Assembly (NCBI GenBank): GCA_030266845.1 | Contig: JAJDIT010000008.1 | Span: 1-45,060, forward strand | DNA: 45,060 nt | DNA from: Acholeplasma sp. OttesenSCG-928-E16 | GTDB taxonomy: Bacteria; Bacillota_I; Bacilli_A; Acholeplasmatales; Acholeplasmataceae | Direction of reading: 5' to 3' | Part shown: in pieces, positions 26,671 to 35,438 of the stretch | Layout of the letters: each line of letters begins with the position of its first letter | How positions within the stretch are numbered: the stretch's first letter is position 1 | Position numbers and translations under genes: made by a program | The notes under the pieces: model-generated | Told to the model about the DNA's origin: nothing | The model's input: only the letters and a program-made list of their open reading frames with translations | Database searches by the model: none

Positions 26671-27777
26671 CTACTTAAAATAATTAGTCCTTTCTTGAAG
26701 TTCCTTTTTAAAATCTAATAAACGATCTTCTTTAATAGCCTTTCTTATATCAGCCATCAGTGTCTTTAGGTATAAAAGATTTTGATAAGTAAGTATTCTC
26801 ATACCTAATATTTCTTCTGCTTTAAACAAGTGCCTAATATAGGATTTAGTATATTTAGAGATGCTTGATGGTAGATTTGGATCAATAGAACTATGATCTT
26901 TTTCATACTTTTTATTTTTAATTTGAATTTTCCCAGAAGATGTCAGTGCAGTTCCATGTCTTGCATTTCTTGTTGGTAAAACACAATCAAACATGTCGAC
27001 CCCTCTAATAACATTTTCTACTAAATCATCAGGTGATCCCACACCCATCAAATATCTTGGCTTATTAAAAGGCAATATTGGATTTAAAAAATCAACTATT
27101 TCATACATGTCCTTTTTTTCTTCTCCAACTGATAAGCCGCCAATAGAATAGCCAGGAAAATCGATTTTCATTAATTCTTCTGCTGAATATTTTCTTAACT
27201 CTTTGTTTAGCCCTCCTTGAACAATACCAAAAAGAGCTTGGTCTGTTTTTAAGGTATCCTTTCCTCTTTTTGCCCATCTTATCGTTCTATCAACCGACTC
27301 CTTCATATACTGATAAGGTGCATCATGGGGAGGACATTCATCGAAACTCATAATAATATCAGCTCCAAGGTCACTTTGAATGCTTATTGATTTTTCAGGC
27401 GATAAAAAAAGACTAGATCCATTTTTGTGGTGCTTAAAATAAACGCCCTCTTCAGTTATTTTTCGCATATCAGTTAAACTAAAAACTTGAAAACCGCCAC
27501 TATCAGTTAGTAAAGACCCATCCCAATTCATAAAACCACGAATTCCTCCGTGTTCTCTTACAATATCTTCTCCTGGCTGTAACCAAAGGTGATAGGTATT
27601 ACCAAGAATCAGCCCATCAGAGACTTCATTAATTTCTTCAGGGGTTAATGTTTTAACTGTTGCTTTAGTTCCAACAGGCATAAAAATGGGGGTCTCATAA
27701 GTCCCATGAGGTGTAGTTAATTTTCCTAATCTAGCTCCTGATTGTTTACATACATGCAATACTTCAAATTTAATCAT
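26671..27777 (-). CDS. tgt: Queuine tRNA-ribosyltransferase
   Basis: A 368-aa [48 protein letters not shown] and the Zn-binding CxCxxC…H region are all typical of Tgt. Confidence 0.9.
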   Translation of the reverse strand: MIKFEVLHVCKQSGARLGKLTTPHGTYETPIFMPVGTKATVKTLTPEEINEVSDGLILGNTYHLWLQPGEDIVREHGGIRGFMNWDGSLLTDSGGFQVFSLTDMRKITEEGVYFKHHKNGSSLFLSPEKSISIQSDLGADIIMSFDECPPHDAPYQYMKESVDRTIRWAKRGKDTLKTDQALFGIVQGGLNKELRKYSAEELMKIDFPGYSIGGLSVGEEKKDMYEIVDFLNPILPFNKPRYLMGVGSPDDLVENVIRGVDMFDCVLPTRNARHGTALTSSGKIQIKNKKYEKDHSSIDPNLPSSISKYTKSYIRHLFKAEEILGMRILTYQNLLYLKTLMADIRKAIKEDRLLDFKKELQERTNYFK

Positions 27778-27847
27778 CTTTTATTATATCTCTCCAGGGT
27801 GATATTATATCATAATATCTTTTTTTTGATAGTTTTTTCATAAATAG

Positions 27848-27875
27848 TTGCAAAAAGAATACTTTAGAGTATAAT
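27848..27875 (+). promoter_or_regulatory. Sigma-A type promoter (TTGCAA-16-TATAAT) for queT
   Basis: Plus 27848-27853 is ttgcaa, and 27870-27875 is tataat after a 16-nt spacer. The predicted start site falls at the first nucleotides of the preQ1 aptamer. Confidence 0.5.
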
Positions 27876-27880
27876 TAACA

Positions 27881-27918
27881 ATGCGGTATCCTAGAACACC
27901 CGCATAAAAAAAACAAGG
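27881..27918 (+). promoter_or_regulatory. preQ1-I riboswitch (type-2-like aptamer) sequestering the queT Shine-Dalgarno
   Basis: UGCGGUAUCCUAGAACACCCGCAUAAAAAAAACAAGGAG aligns to the B. subtilis queC aptamer AGAGGUUCUAGCUACACCCUCUAUAAAAAACUAAGGA. It has a 5-bp P1, a CUAG-containing loop, ACACCC and an A-rich tail running into the Shine-Dalgarno AAGGAG. The ATG is at 27928. Confidence 0.75.
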
Positions 27919-27927
27919 AGTTTATTT

Positions 27928-28467
27928 ATGAAATTTACGATTAAAGACTTAGCTAGACAAGCGGTTTTTGCCGCTTTGTATTTCGCATTTACGATGGTAG
28001 TATTACCAATCGCCCACGGGAATATTCAATTTAGGCTTTCTGAAGCCTTGATGATATTAGTATTATTTGACAAAAAAGCAACAATCGGCTTAACAATTGG
28101 TTGTTTTTTTGCGAATTTAGTCAATGTTGCATCTATGCCCTTTGATTTGATATTCGGGACGCTTGGAACTCTACTAGGATGTTTATTGATGATTCCCTTT
28201 AAAAATGCCTTTGTTTCTCTACTGATGCCTGTAATTACTAATTCATTTTTAGTTCCCGTTAGTCTAGTAATTGCTTTCCCATCTAGTGAAGTAGTAAATG
28301 GTAATCCGTACTTCTTTTACTGTTTTACTGTTTTCATCGGTGAGTTTGTTTGTTTGTATATTTTAGGTCTAGTATTATATTATATTTTAAGAAAAAATAA
28401 AGATTTCGTCTCACTCGTTGGTGGTAAGATGGAAAATAAGGCAATTAGTTCTGATAAAGAGGCATAA
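27928..28467 (+). CDS. queT: Queuosine-precursor transporter QueT (ECF-type S component)
   Basis: A 179-aa hydrophobic protein of about 5-6 transmembrane segments. MKFTIKDLARQAVFAALYFAFTMVVLPIAHGNIQFRLSEALMIL resembles the QueT family. It sits directly behind the preQ1 riboswitch and divergent from tgt. Confidence 0.7.
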   Translation: MKFTIKDLARQAVFAALYFAFTMVVLPIAHGNIQFRLSEALMILVLFDKKATIGLTIGCFFANLVNVASMPFDLIFGTLGTLLGCLLMIPFKNAFVSLLMPVITNSFLVPVSLVIAFPSSEVVNGNPYFFYCFTVFIGEFVCLYILGLVLYYILRKNKDFVSLVGGKMENKAISSDKEA

Positions 28468-28519
28468 AACAACATAGTTATTTTAAAGATACTATAATAG
28501 TTTATAGGAGGTATATGTT

Positions 28520-29137
28520 ATGGACTATATAGAATTTTTAAAGAATAGAAAATCGATCAGAAAATTTGTTGATGATTTTAAAATACCAAGAAACGAGATG
28601 GATTCCATCTTAAATCTTGCCCAAAGAGCTCCATCAAGTGGAAACATGCAACCATGGAGATTTATCGTAATTGAGACAAAGGAGTCTAAGAAGGTTTTAA
28701 GAAATGTAATGTCAGGGAACTTCTTACAACTAGACACATCCTCTGCGATGATTCTTGTGCTTTATGATAAAAATGAATATGATTATGTCACCAAAATATA
28801 TCATAAAGCTGTTAGAGAAAACTTGATGCCACTTGATGTTGCTAATAAGCAAATATCTTGGCTACTAAGTAAAGAAAAAACCGAAAGTGAATTTGAAAAA
28901 CTAAGAGATGGTTTCATCAATGTTGGAATAGTTATCAATCAGCTCTTGCATTCCATAAGAGCCCACGGTTATGAAGGAGGCGCGATGCGCGGCTATGATG
29001 AAAAAAGAATAGTTAGTGAGTTGGGCTTAGATAGTAATCGCTATTTACCAGCAGCAATTATCGCCGTTGGAAAAAAAGCAAGTGATGCTTTTGACACTAT
29101 AAGACTTGATTTATCTGATACTGTAATATATAAATGA
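28520..29137 (+). CDS. Nitroreductase-family NAD(P)H-flavin oxidoreductase
   Basis: A 205-aa ORF. The N-terminus LKNRKSIRKFVDDFKIPRNEMDSILNLAQRAPSSGNMQPWRFIVI is the classic nitroreductase fold signature (R-S-R-F… S..N.QPW.F). Confidence 0.8.
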   Translation: MDYIEFLKNRKSIRKFVDDFKIPRNEMDSILNLAQRAPSSGNMQPWRFIVIETKESKKVLRNVMSGNFLQLDTSSAMILVLYDKNEYDYVTKIYHKAVRENLMPLDVANKQISWLLSKEKTESEFEKLRDGFINVGIVINQLLHSIRAHGYEGGAMRGYDEKRIVSELGLDSNRYLPAAIIAVGKKASDAFDTIRLDLSDTVIYK

Positions 29138-29153
29138 GGGAACTCCCTCATTT

Positions 29154-30308
29154 TTATTTTAGAACGTTCATAAAGCCATATTCTTGTAATTTAGAATCTA
29201 ATAATTCTTTATTTTTCCCTAGCGTAATTACATGATGATTGCCAAGTGGTTTCCGTAAAAAATAATCCTTTATCTCATTATTAATCAAAAATGAGATTTG
29301 GGTCCGACAAAGATTATTATTGTAAGGCAGATCAATTCTTTTTGCTTCAAAACAAACATACTCATTACTATCCAAATCAACTTTCAAAAGAGTGATAGGC
29401 CCTGCTTTTATCACCCCTTTAATTGCCACACCTATTCCAGACTCAAAATGGGTTACAATTTTGTATGAATCAAGCATTTGTATAGGTATGGTACAATGAG
29501 CAAACGTGATTGAAAGAGGATCATCGTTTATCGAACTTGGATTTGCCTGAAATCCTGGCTCACCTAATATCTTTTGACAAAAGTACATGGTAATGAGTGT
29601 CTTTAAATCTCCCTCACAAGTTGCAATACACCCGTTTTTATTAAATAAAGATAGTGCTAGACATCCAGTGTTCTTGTAAATACCAATTAAATCAAAACAT
29701 CTTATCGTAAAACCCATCAGTTGATATTTATCTACTAATACCTTCAATGCTCCATAGATATTTAACGCTACTTCTATTTCGTTTTCATCGAGAGTTGCAT
29801 TTTTTAAAAAGTTGATCTCGCTTGAATCTAAATTATAACTTACCTTATTATTTATAATGTCATAGAGTTCATCTAATTCAATATCGATCAATTCTATATG
29901 GTGCTTATTAAAAAGATTATTTTTATCTAGAGAACTGGATATTAACCAATCAGATGGTTTACCAATTACTCCAAGCTTTATTGATGGTTTTATCAGCTCA
30001 TCTAAATTTCCATGAATTATTCGGCATGATATATTATTAGCCTTTAAAAAAGATGCTATTTCCATTGATGCGGCAAGAGAATTATTCTCCTTTGAAGAAA
30101 TCAGGATAATCTCCTTGTTTTTTGGGATTAAATCAAACAGCTTTAAAAAAACCCCTTCTGTACCTCCAGTTTGAATATAAAATATCACATCATCTCCCTG
30201 GTATTCTTTAGGATAGATGAAGTTAGGCTTTAGTTCTTTTTCAATTTTCTTTAAAAATGGATCGTTGATATTCTCTTGCAGCAATGATGATAGTACACAA
30301 ATGTTCAT
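29154..30308 (-). CDS. Hypothetical protein (384 aa); weak resemblance to sugar-isomerase (FucI/AraA-like) C-terminal folds, unverified
   Basis: It contains …GCLALSLFNKNGCIATCEGDLKTLITMYFC…, but I cannot confirm a family from sequence alone. It is translationally coupled (4-nt overlap) to the downstream HAD hydrolase gene. Confidence 0.4.
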   Translation of the reverse strand: MNICVLSSLLQENINDPFLKKIEKELKPNFIYPKEYQGDDVIFYIQTGGTEGVFLKLFDLIPKNKEIILISSKENNSLAASMEIASFLKANNISCRIIHGNLDELIKPSIKLGVIGKPSDWLISSSLDKNNLFNKHHIELIDIELDELYDIINNKVSYNLDSSEINFLKNATLDENEIEVALNIYGALKVLVDKYQLMGFTIRCFDLIGIYKNTGCLALSLFNKNGCIATCEGDLKTLITMYFCQKILGEPGFQANPSSINDDPLSITFAHCTIPIQMLDSYKIVTHFESGIGVAIKGVIKAGPITLLKVDLDSNEYVCFEAKRIDLPYNNNLCRTQISFLINNEIKDYFLRKPLGNHHVITLGKNKELLDSKLQEYGFMNVLK

Positions 30309-30964
30309 ATTTTAATTCCTTCATTTAAGACATTAAGTAATTCAAGAGGGTGATTTATAATTATATCTGCCTTAGCAGTTAATAAAGCATCCATATCTCT
30401 AAACCCCCAGGTGCATCCAACACAAAAAAGTTCACAATTTTTAGCCGTCATTATATCAACCTCAGTATCTCCGATATAAATTACTTCTTCTTTTTTTAAA
30501 TTGAGTTTTTTCATAACATTTAGGACTCCAGTTGGATCAGGTTTTGGAGGAACTCCTTTTGTCTCACCGACCGCCTCATCAATAAACCCCCTGAATATGT
30601 TCTTATTTAGTTCCTTTACCATATAATCCACCTTATTAGAAACTATGGAAAGCTGATAACCTTGGTCTTTTAGCTTTTCTAGCATTTCTAAAACGCCTTC
30701 ATAAGGTTTTGAATAGTCGTTTTGATGTTCATTATAATACTCTTGATATATTCTTAACGCATCAGCTAGTTCTATTTCACTAAGGCCACTTGGAATAACA
30801 GCACTAATCAAATATTTAGCTCCATAGCCCAATGCTCTTTTGATGTCATCTTTACTTTTATCTGGATATTTCTTTATTCTTAACATGTGTGATACTGCAT
30901 TATAGATATCATCTAGTGTATCTAAAAGTGTACCATCTAAATCAAATATTATACCTTTTATCAT
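30305..30964 (-). CDS. HAD-superfamily hydrolase (phosphatase, subfamily IA); start re-set to the internal ATG
   Basis: Track ORF 30305..31156. Residues 1-64 of that ORF overlap the tmRNA gene and are spurious. MIKGIIFDLDGTLLDT (HAD motif I) starts at the ATG at 30962-30964, preceded by the Shine-Dalgarno AAGAGGT. Motifs II-IV are present (…SNK…, …GDTEVD…). Confidence 0.8.
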   Translation of the reverse strand: MIKGIIFDLDGTLLDTLDDIYNAVSHMLRIKKYPDKSKDDIKRALGYGAKYLISAVIPSGLSEIELADALRIYQEYYNEHQNDYSKPYEGVLEMLEKLKDQGYQLSIVSNKVDYMVKELNKNIFRGFIDEAVGETKGVPPKPDPTGVLNVMKKLNLKKEEVIYIGDTEVDIMTAKNCELFCVGCTWGFRDMDALLTAKADIIINHPLELLNVLNEGIKI

Positions 30965-31038
30965 ATAGTTACCTCTTACATCTATTTTAACACTTTTCTT
31001 TTGATTTTTAGATAGTTTATGATATACTCTTTTTGCAT

Positions 31039-31410
31039 GGGGATGTATTTGGTTTCGCCAGGGCTTTGAATGGACTATATGCATGTCGTGGTTAGACACG
31101 TAAAAATCAGAGGATTCCAATAAACGGAAACGAAAACAAAACTGTTGCAGTACCAAACTATGGTGCTCAACTTCAATTAGCTGCTTAAGAATAAGTGTGC
31201 GCCAATTCTATGATTTCCTGAGTCATTGATGCGGTAACCTATCAGGATATATTAACTGTAGTGTTTGGGACAGTTAAAGAACTATACAAACTAGTATTAG
31301 ATGTGTTTGTTAGTCTTCACCTCTAATATGATAATAAAGATTAACTAAGCATGTAGAGTATAGTTTTGGATCTGCTTTGTACCGGAGTTCGAGTCTCCGC
31401 ATCTCCACCA
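31039..31410 (+). ncRNA. ssrA: tmRNA (SsrA), ~372 nt, with a predicted tag ending …LQLAA
   Basis: The 5' end GGGGAUGUAUUUGGUUUCGCCAGGG matches the B. subtilis ssrA 5' end GGGGACGUUACGGAUUCGACAGGG. The 3' end has the T-arm CGGAGUUCGAGUCUCCG and the acceptor CAUCUCC-A-CCA, pairing with the 5' GGGGAUG to give the G3·U wobble (Ala identity). The internal ORF from the resume codon GGA at 31126 to UAA at 31186-31188 encodes GNENKTVAVPNYGAQLQLAA, preceded by AUAAAC as in B. subtilis AUAACU-GGC. Confidence 0.85.
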
Positions 31411-31421
31411 AATTTTTAATG

Positions 31422-31460
31422 AAAAAGGTTTAACTTTTATTTAAAGTCAAACCTTTTTTT
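31422..31460. terminator. Rho-independent terminator (probably serves ssrA on the plus strand; possibly bidirectional for the convergent minus-strand gene)
   Basis: Plus aaaaaggtttaacttttatttaaagtcaaaccttttttt, with the stem aaaggttt/aaaccttt followed by T7. It sits between the ssrA 3' end and the stop of the 31472..31840 gene. Confidence 0.55.
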
Positions 31461-31471
31461 ATATATAAACT

Positions 31472-31840
31472 TTATTGTTCATTTTTAAGTTCTGGAATTG
31501 GAACTTCTAGATTGGTGCTCCAATATTCATCGAGCTTAACAATTTGATTATCTTTAAGTTCAAAAAAAGAAACCGCTCTAAAAGAAATTTTTCTAGAAGC
31601 GCTAGTGACTTTAGTGATTGTAAATGCTACATCGCCATTGTAATCCATTTTCTCAATAATGAATACCCAATCTCCCGCAGGTATCTCAAATACTCTTCTT
31701 ACATATTCTTCTGGCTCTAAAACAGTGTCTACACTAGTCCAAAAAATTTTAGCATCATCACTAAAGTGTTTTAATAATCCTTCGCTATCTCTTTTTTCAA
31801 TACAACTCCAAAATGTGTGTATCAACCAATCAGATTTCAT
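31472..31840 (-). CDS. Hypothetical protein, NTF2/SnoaL-like fold suspected
   Basis: A 122-aa ORF with no catalytic motif I recognise. Size and pattern (W-rich, alternating beta-like segments) are suggestive only. Confidence 0.5.
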   Translation of the reverse strand: MKSDWLIHTFWSCIEKRDSEGLLKHFSDDAKIFWTSVDTVLEPEEYVRRVFEIPAGDWVFIIEKMDYNGDVAFTITKVTSASRKISFRAVSFFELKDNQIVKLDEYWSTNLEVPIPELKNEQ

Positions 31841-31930
31841 ATAAGTACCTCTGTTTTTATTAAATCACTTTATTTAAAAAAAAGAAATATTTATGCAATC
31901 TTTTTTTAAATATTTCTTTTTTATACTATT

Positions 31931-32689
31931 CTAGGTTTTATATTTTTTCTTATATTTTCTTTCGGCTTCCTTAATTTTTGGTTGAACAAAATCAATATAT
32001 AGATTGTTGGTTCTTTTAACAAAGAAATCTGCAATTTCCTCTTTTTGCTTATTATCATTTAGCATTTTAACAACCGAAAAAGGTTCATCGAAAATTAACT
32101 GATTTGTTTGTTTACTATAATATAGAGCGCAAACCTTAATATCTTTATTTGACCTTTTAAAATAGTTCTTAACAATCGCTACAAATCCAGAAACATAACT
32201 AATAAAGATATTATTATATCCCATCTCTAAGTTTTCTGGATAAATCATCAAGGAAACACCTTGGTCCAGACAATCAAATGTCATCTTAAATGTCTTTATT
32301 GAACGGTGATCTTTATATGATGGAATACATTTGCTAAGTCGATACATCATTTTAGTGAATGTTGCCTCAAAAGTCGCATTCAAAAAAGATTGGAATTTAC
32401 TTAGTCCTCTTCTAAGGCGATGATTGAAATTATACAAATATGCAAATCTTGTTCGAAAATCTCTAAAAATCTCTTGTTGTCCAATTGGAGCATGCGAATG
32501 GGGAAAATAGATCTCATTTACGAATAAAGATACTGAACCATTAAGACCGTGGTTACACAAAAATATATATGGAACGTCAGTCGATAAAGGTTTGTTGCGA
32601 TAAACAAAAGTCGGTCTTTTTGCTAATAAGCCGCCAAAAACCTTCTTGAATCGTTGATAACCCTTGCTTCTTTCATATGATGAATACAT
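31931..32689 (-). CDS. Hypothetical protein (252 aa); possible acyltransferase-like protein with degenerate motifs
   Basis: It contains FLCNHGLNG and IYPENLEMGY, loosely reminiscent of LPLAT acyltransferase blocks I and III, but the canonical HX4D is absent. This assignment is speculative. Confidence 0.4.
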   Translation of the reverse strand: MYSSYERSKGYQRFKKVFGGLLAKRPTFVYRNKPLSTDVPYIFLCNHGLNGSVSLFVNEIYFPHSHAPIGQQEIFRDFRTRFAYLYNFNHRLRRGLSKFQSFLNATFEATFTKMMYRLSKCIPSYKDHRSIKTFKMTFDCLDQGVSLMIYPENLEMGYNNIFISYVSGFVAIVKNYFKRSNKDIKVCALYYSKQTNQLIFDEPFSVVKMLNDNKQKEEIADFFVKRTNNLYIDFVQPKIKEAERKYKKKYKT

Positions 32690-32774
32690 ATTTCCCCCAT
32701 AGTTTTATATATGTATATTATAACATATAGATTAAAATCTGTTTTGCTAAAAGAAAAGAGGATTTATAATCCTC

Positions 32775-33215
32775 TTAGCCTCTCCTTAATAAAATCATTT
32801 CTTTCGTCATCTCTGGATTTTTGATGTTTACCAAAACGATTCTCTCTTTCTTTGAAATTATTTCAATATCAGCTCTATTTAATGCATATCTAGCAGTTGG
32901 TGTTACTGGCCTTATTATTTTAACATCAATAATGTCATTATACTTTATGCTCTTTTTGATGCCTTTTTTCGTTTCAACAATTTCCTTATCAAGAAATACT
33001 AGTTTTCTTCCTTTGTAAATTAGGTTCAACACACCAACAAAGGCGGAAAGTAAACCCCAGATTAGTAGATTTATTCCATTAGATTGTTGGTAAGATTTAG
33101 GTCCGTTAATACTATCATCAATCAGAAGATAAATGCCTATACTAATTAGTACTATTCCAATGCCTAGAAGAATAAAACCAGCTATTATTCTGCCATTTTT
33201 ACTGCTATTGGTCAT
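32775..33215 (-). CDS. Small membrane protein (two transmembrane helices) with a bacterial PH-like C-terminal domain, unknown function
   Basis: A 146-aa ORF, with transmembrane helices at residues ~10-32 and ~48-68. It overlaps the degV-family gene stop by 4 nt (operonic). Confidence 0.5.
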   Translation of the reverse strand: MTNSSKNGRIIAGFILLGIGIVLISIGIYLLIDDSINGPKSYQQSNGINLLIWGLLSAFVGVLNLIYKGRKLVFLDKEIVETKKGIKKSIKYNDIIDVKIIRPVTPTARYALNRADIEIISKKERIVLVNIKNPEMTKEMILLRRG

Positions 33216-34060
33216 TTTTCAATAAATCCTATCCCAATTGCTCTTGGCCCAGTATGAGCTCCTACAACTGGAGTTAAATAGGCAACAATTACTTCACGGT
33301 CTGGAAATCTCTTTTCAATTTCTTCTTTGCAATATTTAGCAACCGTCTCATTGTGAGCATGTGATATATATGTTATTACATCTTTATTTGCTGTTGCCTT
33401 ATAGTACATCTCTAAAACACTTGAAACTGCTTTTTGAAAAGTTCTAATCTTTTCGATCGAAACTACCCGCCCTTCTTCATTAATACTCAAGAGTGGTTTG
33501 ATTTTTAACATATTTGCCACTGCACCAGCGAATTTTGATAGTCTTCCATTTTTAATCAAAAAAAGCAATGTTTCTACAGCGAAGAATAATTTGTTGTTAT
33601 CTCTAATTCTTTTTAATTCACTTATGATTTCATCCATTGAATGGCCATTTTCTGCCATCTCGTGCGCTTTTAATACCATGTATGCTTCAGCATAGGCAAG
33701 AGTCCTAGAATCAAAGACAGTAACCTTAATGTCAACCTGTTTAGAGGCATTTTTAACAGCTTCATATAAACCACTTAGGTTAGATGAAATGGTGACTACC
33801 AGCAGTTCATCGTATCCTTTTGCCTTGTAATCTTCAAAAATATCAATCATTTTCCCGATTGCGACATATGAAGTTTTAGGAACTACTTTCTCTTGGTCAA
33901 TTCTTTCATAAAAATGTTTTGCATCAATATCAACGAAATCATCATACAATTCATTTTCATTAAACATTATCACTGATCTAAATATTGAGATATCCTTTGG
34001 ATAGTCTAGGTAATCTAAGGCTGCATTACTGCATGTAATTACTCCAATTTTATTTTTCAT
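33212..34060 (-). CDS. DegV-family fatty-acid-binding protein
   Basis: A 282-aa ORF. The N-terminus MKNKIGVITCSNAALDYLDY and the overall length and pattern are typical of DegV/EDD-fold fatty acid kinase binding subunits. Confidence 0.85.
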   Translation of the reverse strand: MKNKIGVITCSNAALDYLDYPKDISIFRSVIMFNENELYDDFVDIDAKHFYERIDQEKVVPKTSYVAIGKMIDIFEDYKAKGYDELLVVTISSNLSGLYEAVKNASKQVDIKVTVFDSRTLAYAEAYMVLKAHEMAENGHSMDEIISELKRIRDNNKLFFAVETLLFLIKNGRLSKFAGAVANMLKIKPLLSINEEGRVVSIEKIRTFQKAVSSVLEMYYKATANKDVITYISHAHNETVAKYCKEEIEKRFPDREVIVAYLTPVVGAHTGPRAIGIGFIEK

Positions 34061-34149
34061 ATTTTCATATTGTATCTTAAATACATTTCCTCCCTCTTAA
34101 TAATTCGTCTTTATTATACTATATATTAGTAATTTCAAAAAAATATTTT

Positions 34150-35262
34150 TTAAAAACTTAATAGTTGCCTAGTAGCAAGGTTTTGATAAATAATTTTTTC
34201 AGGAAACTGAATAATAAGCTCCATTAAAAAATCTAAATCACGCACTTTAACATACCTAATCAAAAAAAATATAAGTTTATTGATTTTAAATTCTAATACT
34301 TTTCTGCCTTTTGAATGTTCTTCAAAAGCAATCTTTGATAATTTCTTAGCTAACCCTTTACTTACTCTTTTCTGATCAATGCTCGCAACCAAGTCAAGTA
34401 TCTTTTTCTTAAAGACGATAAATTCAATATCATTAGTAACTCTTTTTATAAAATCTTTATTTAACACCTCATTCCAAAGTTTATTTTGATTTATGTAATT
34501 AACAACCGACAAACGATTGATTACAACCATAAGTTTATTATAAAAATCTTGTTTGACTGAAAATAACCAAAGCATTAAAAGGGTAGGGATTCCAATAACA
34601 AGAGCCAAAAATATATAAGGGTAATATTTTCCCAAAACAACTTCAATGTAGCCAAGCGGATATGTTTGCATCGAAGGGTTCATAAAACAAAAATTAGTTC
34701 CTAAATAGGCATTACAAATAAAAGCCCCAGTTAATAATGGGAATAAACAGGCAAACATCTTCCAAAAATTTCTTATTCTTGCCTTATATACTCCCGATGA
34801 TATTAAATAAATAGAAACTAAACCAATTGTTAAATGATGAATAAAAACTAATGTTGGAACTATATGCCAAGCTTCATAAAACGGTTGTGTATTGGCTGGC
34901 AGTAAGACATATAAAACACAGCCTCCCATTCCAATATAAAAGCCATAATCCTTGAAAAAATCTCTAAAACGACCCTTACTAAAAGTCATTATTGGTAAAA
35001 TAATAAAGAATAAATTACATAGATGTAATGGTAAAACCCACTCCAAATTAAATATACCCGTTACAAAACTGTATATCAATAACCCACTAATGCATATATA
35101 ACAAATAATAGTTGCTATTGCATAGACTAGGGTCTCTATTTTCTTTTTATTCCTAAATACAAAGTAAAATACCACAAATAATATAATCATCATAATGATC
35201 TGAGTAATATGGCCAATACTGTAAATAGGGTATATTTCTGGTAAATCAAATTTAAAACTCAA
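34150..35262 (-). CDS. Polytopic integral membrane protein of unknown function (YwaF-like?)
   Basis: A 370-aa ORF with about 8 transmembrane helices in the first 250 aa, then a basic cytoplasmic tail. Confidence 0.5.
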   Translation of the reverse strand: MSFKFDLPEIYPIYSIGHITQIIMMIILFVVFYFVFRNKKKIETLVYAIATIICYICISGLLIYSFVTGIFNLEWVLPLHLCNLFFIILPIMTFSKGRFRDFFKDYGFYIGMGGCVLYVLLPANTQPFYEAWHIVPTLVFIHHLTIGLVSIYLISSGVYKARIRNFWKMFACLFPLLTGAFICNAYLGTNFCFMNPSMQTYPLGYIEVVLGKYYPYIFLALVIGIPTLLMLWLFSVKQDFYNKLMVVINRLSVVNYINQNKLWNEVLNKDFIKRVTNDIEFIVFKKKILDLVASIDQKRVSKGLAKKLSKIAFEEHSKGRKVLEFKINKLIFFLIRYVKVRDLDFLMELIIQFPEKIIYQNLATRQLLSF

Positions 35263-35438
35263 AAGTATATCTCCTTATCAATAACGCATTTATTATACCA
35301 CAAATAATTAAACCCTCATAATAATCTTAGCATTATCATAATTACTATAAATAGAGTATTTTTTTGAGAGATATAAACTTAAAATCAATAGTCAATCTCA
35401 TTTTATTTCCTACCTAAATTAACTTATAATAGAAGTGT

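Noticed and set aside
30965-31156. N-terminal 64 codons of track ORF 30305..31156 (HAD hydrolase)
   Set aside because: This part has no homology to HAD, runs antisense through ssrA, and the canonical motif-I start MIKGIIFDLDGT has its own Shine-Dalgarno at 30964. It is an ORF-extension artefact.
31378-31410. Apparent tRNA 3' fragment (T-arm GGAGUUCGAGUCUCC plus acceptor plus CCA) that looked like a tRNA-derived att site of an integrated element
   Set aside because: No matching 5' acceptor, D-arm or anticodon arm lies within 90 nt. The matching 5' acceptor GGGGAUG sits ~370 nt upstream, with a tag ORF between. So this is the tRNA-like domain of an intact tmRNA, not a tRNA remnant, and no integrase gene is nearby.
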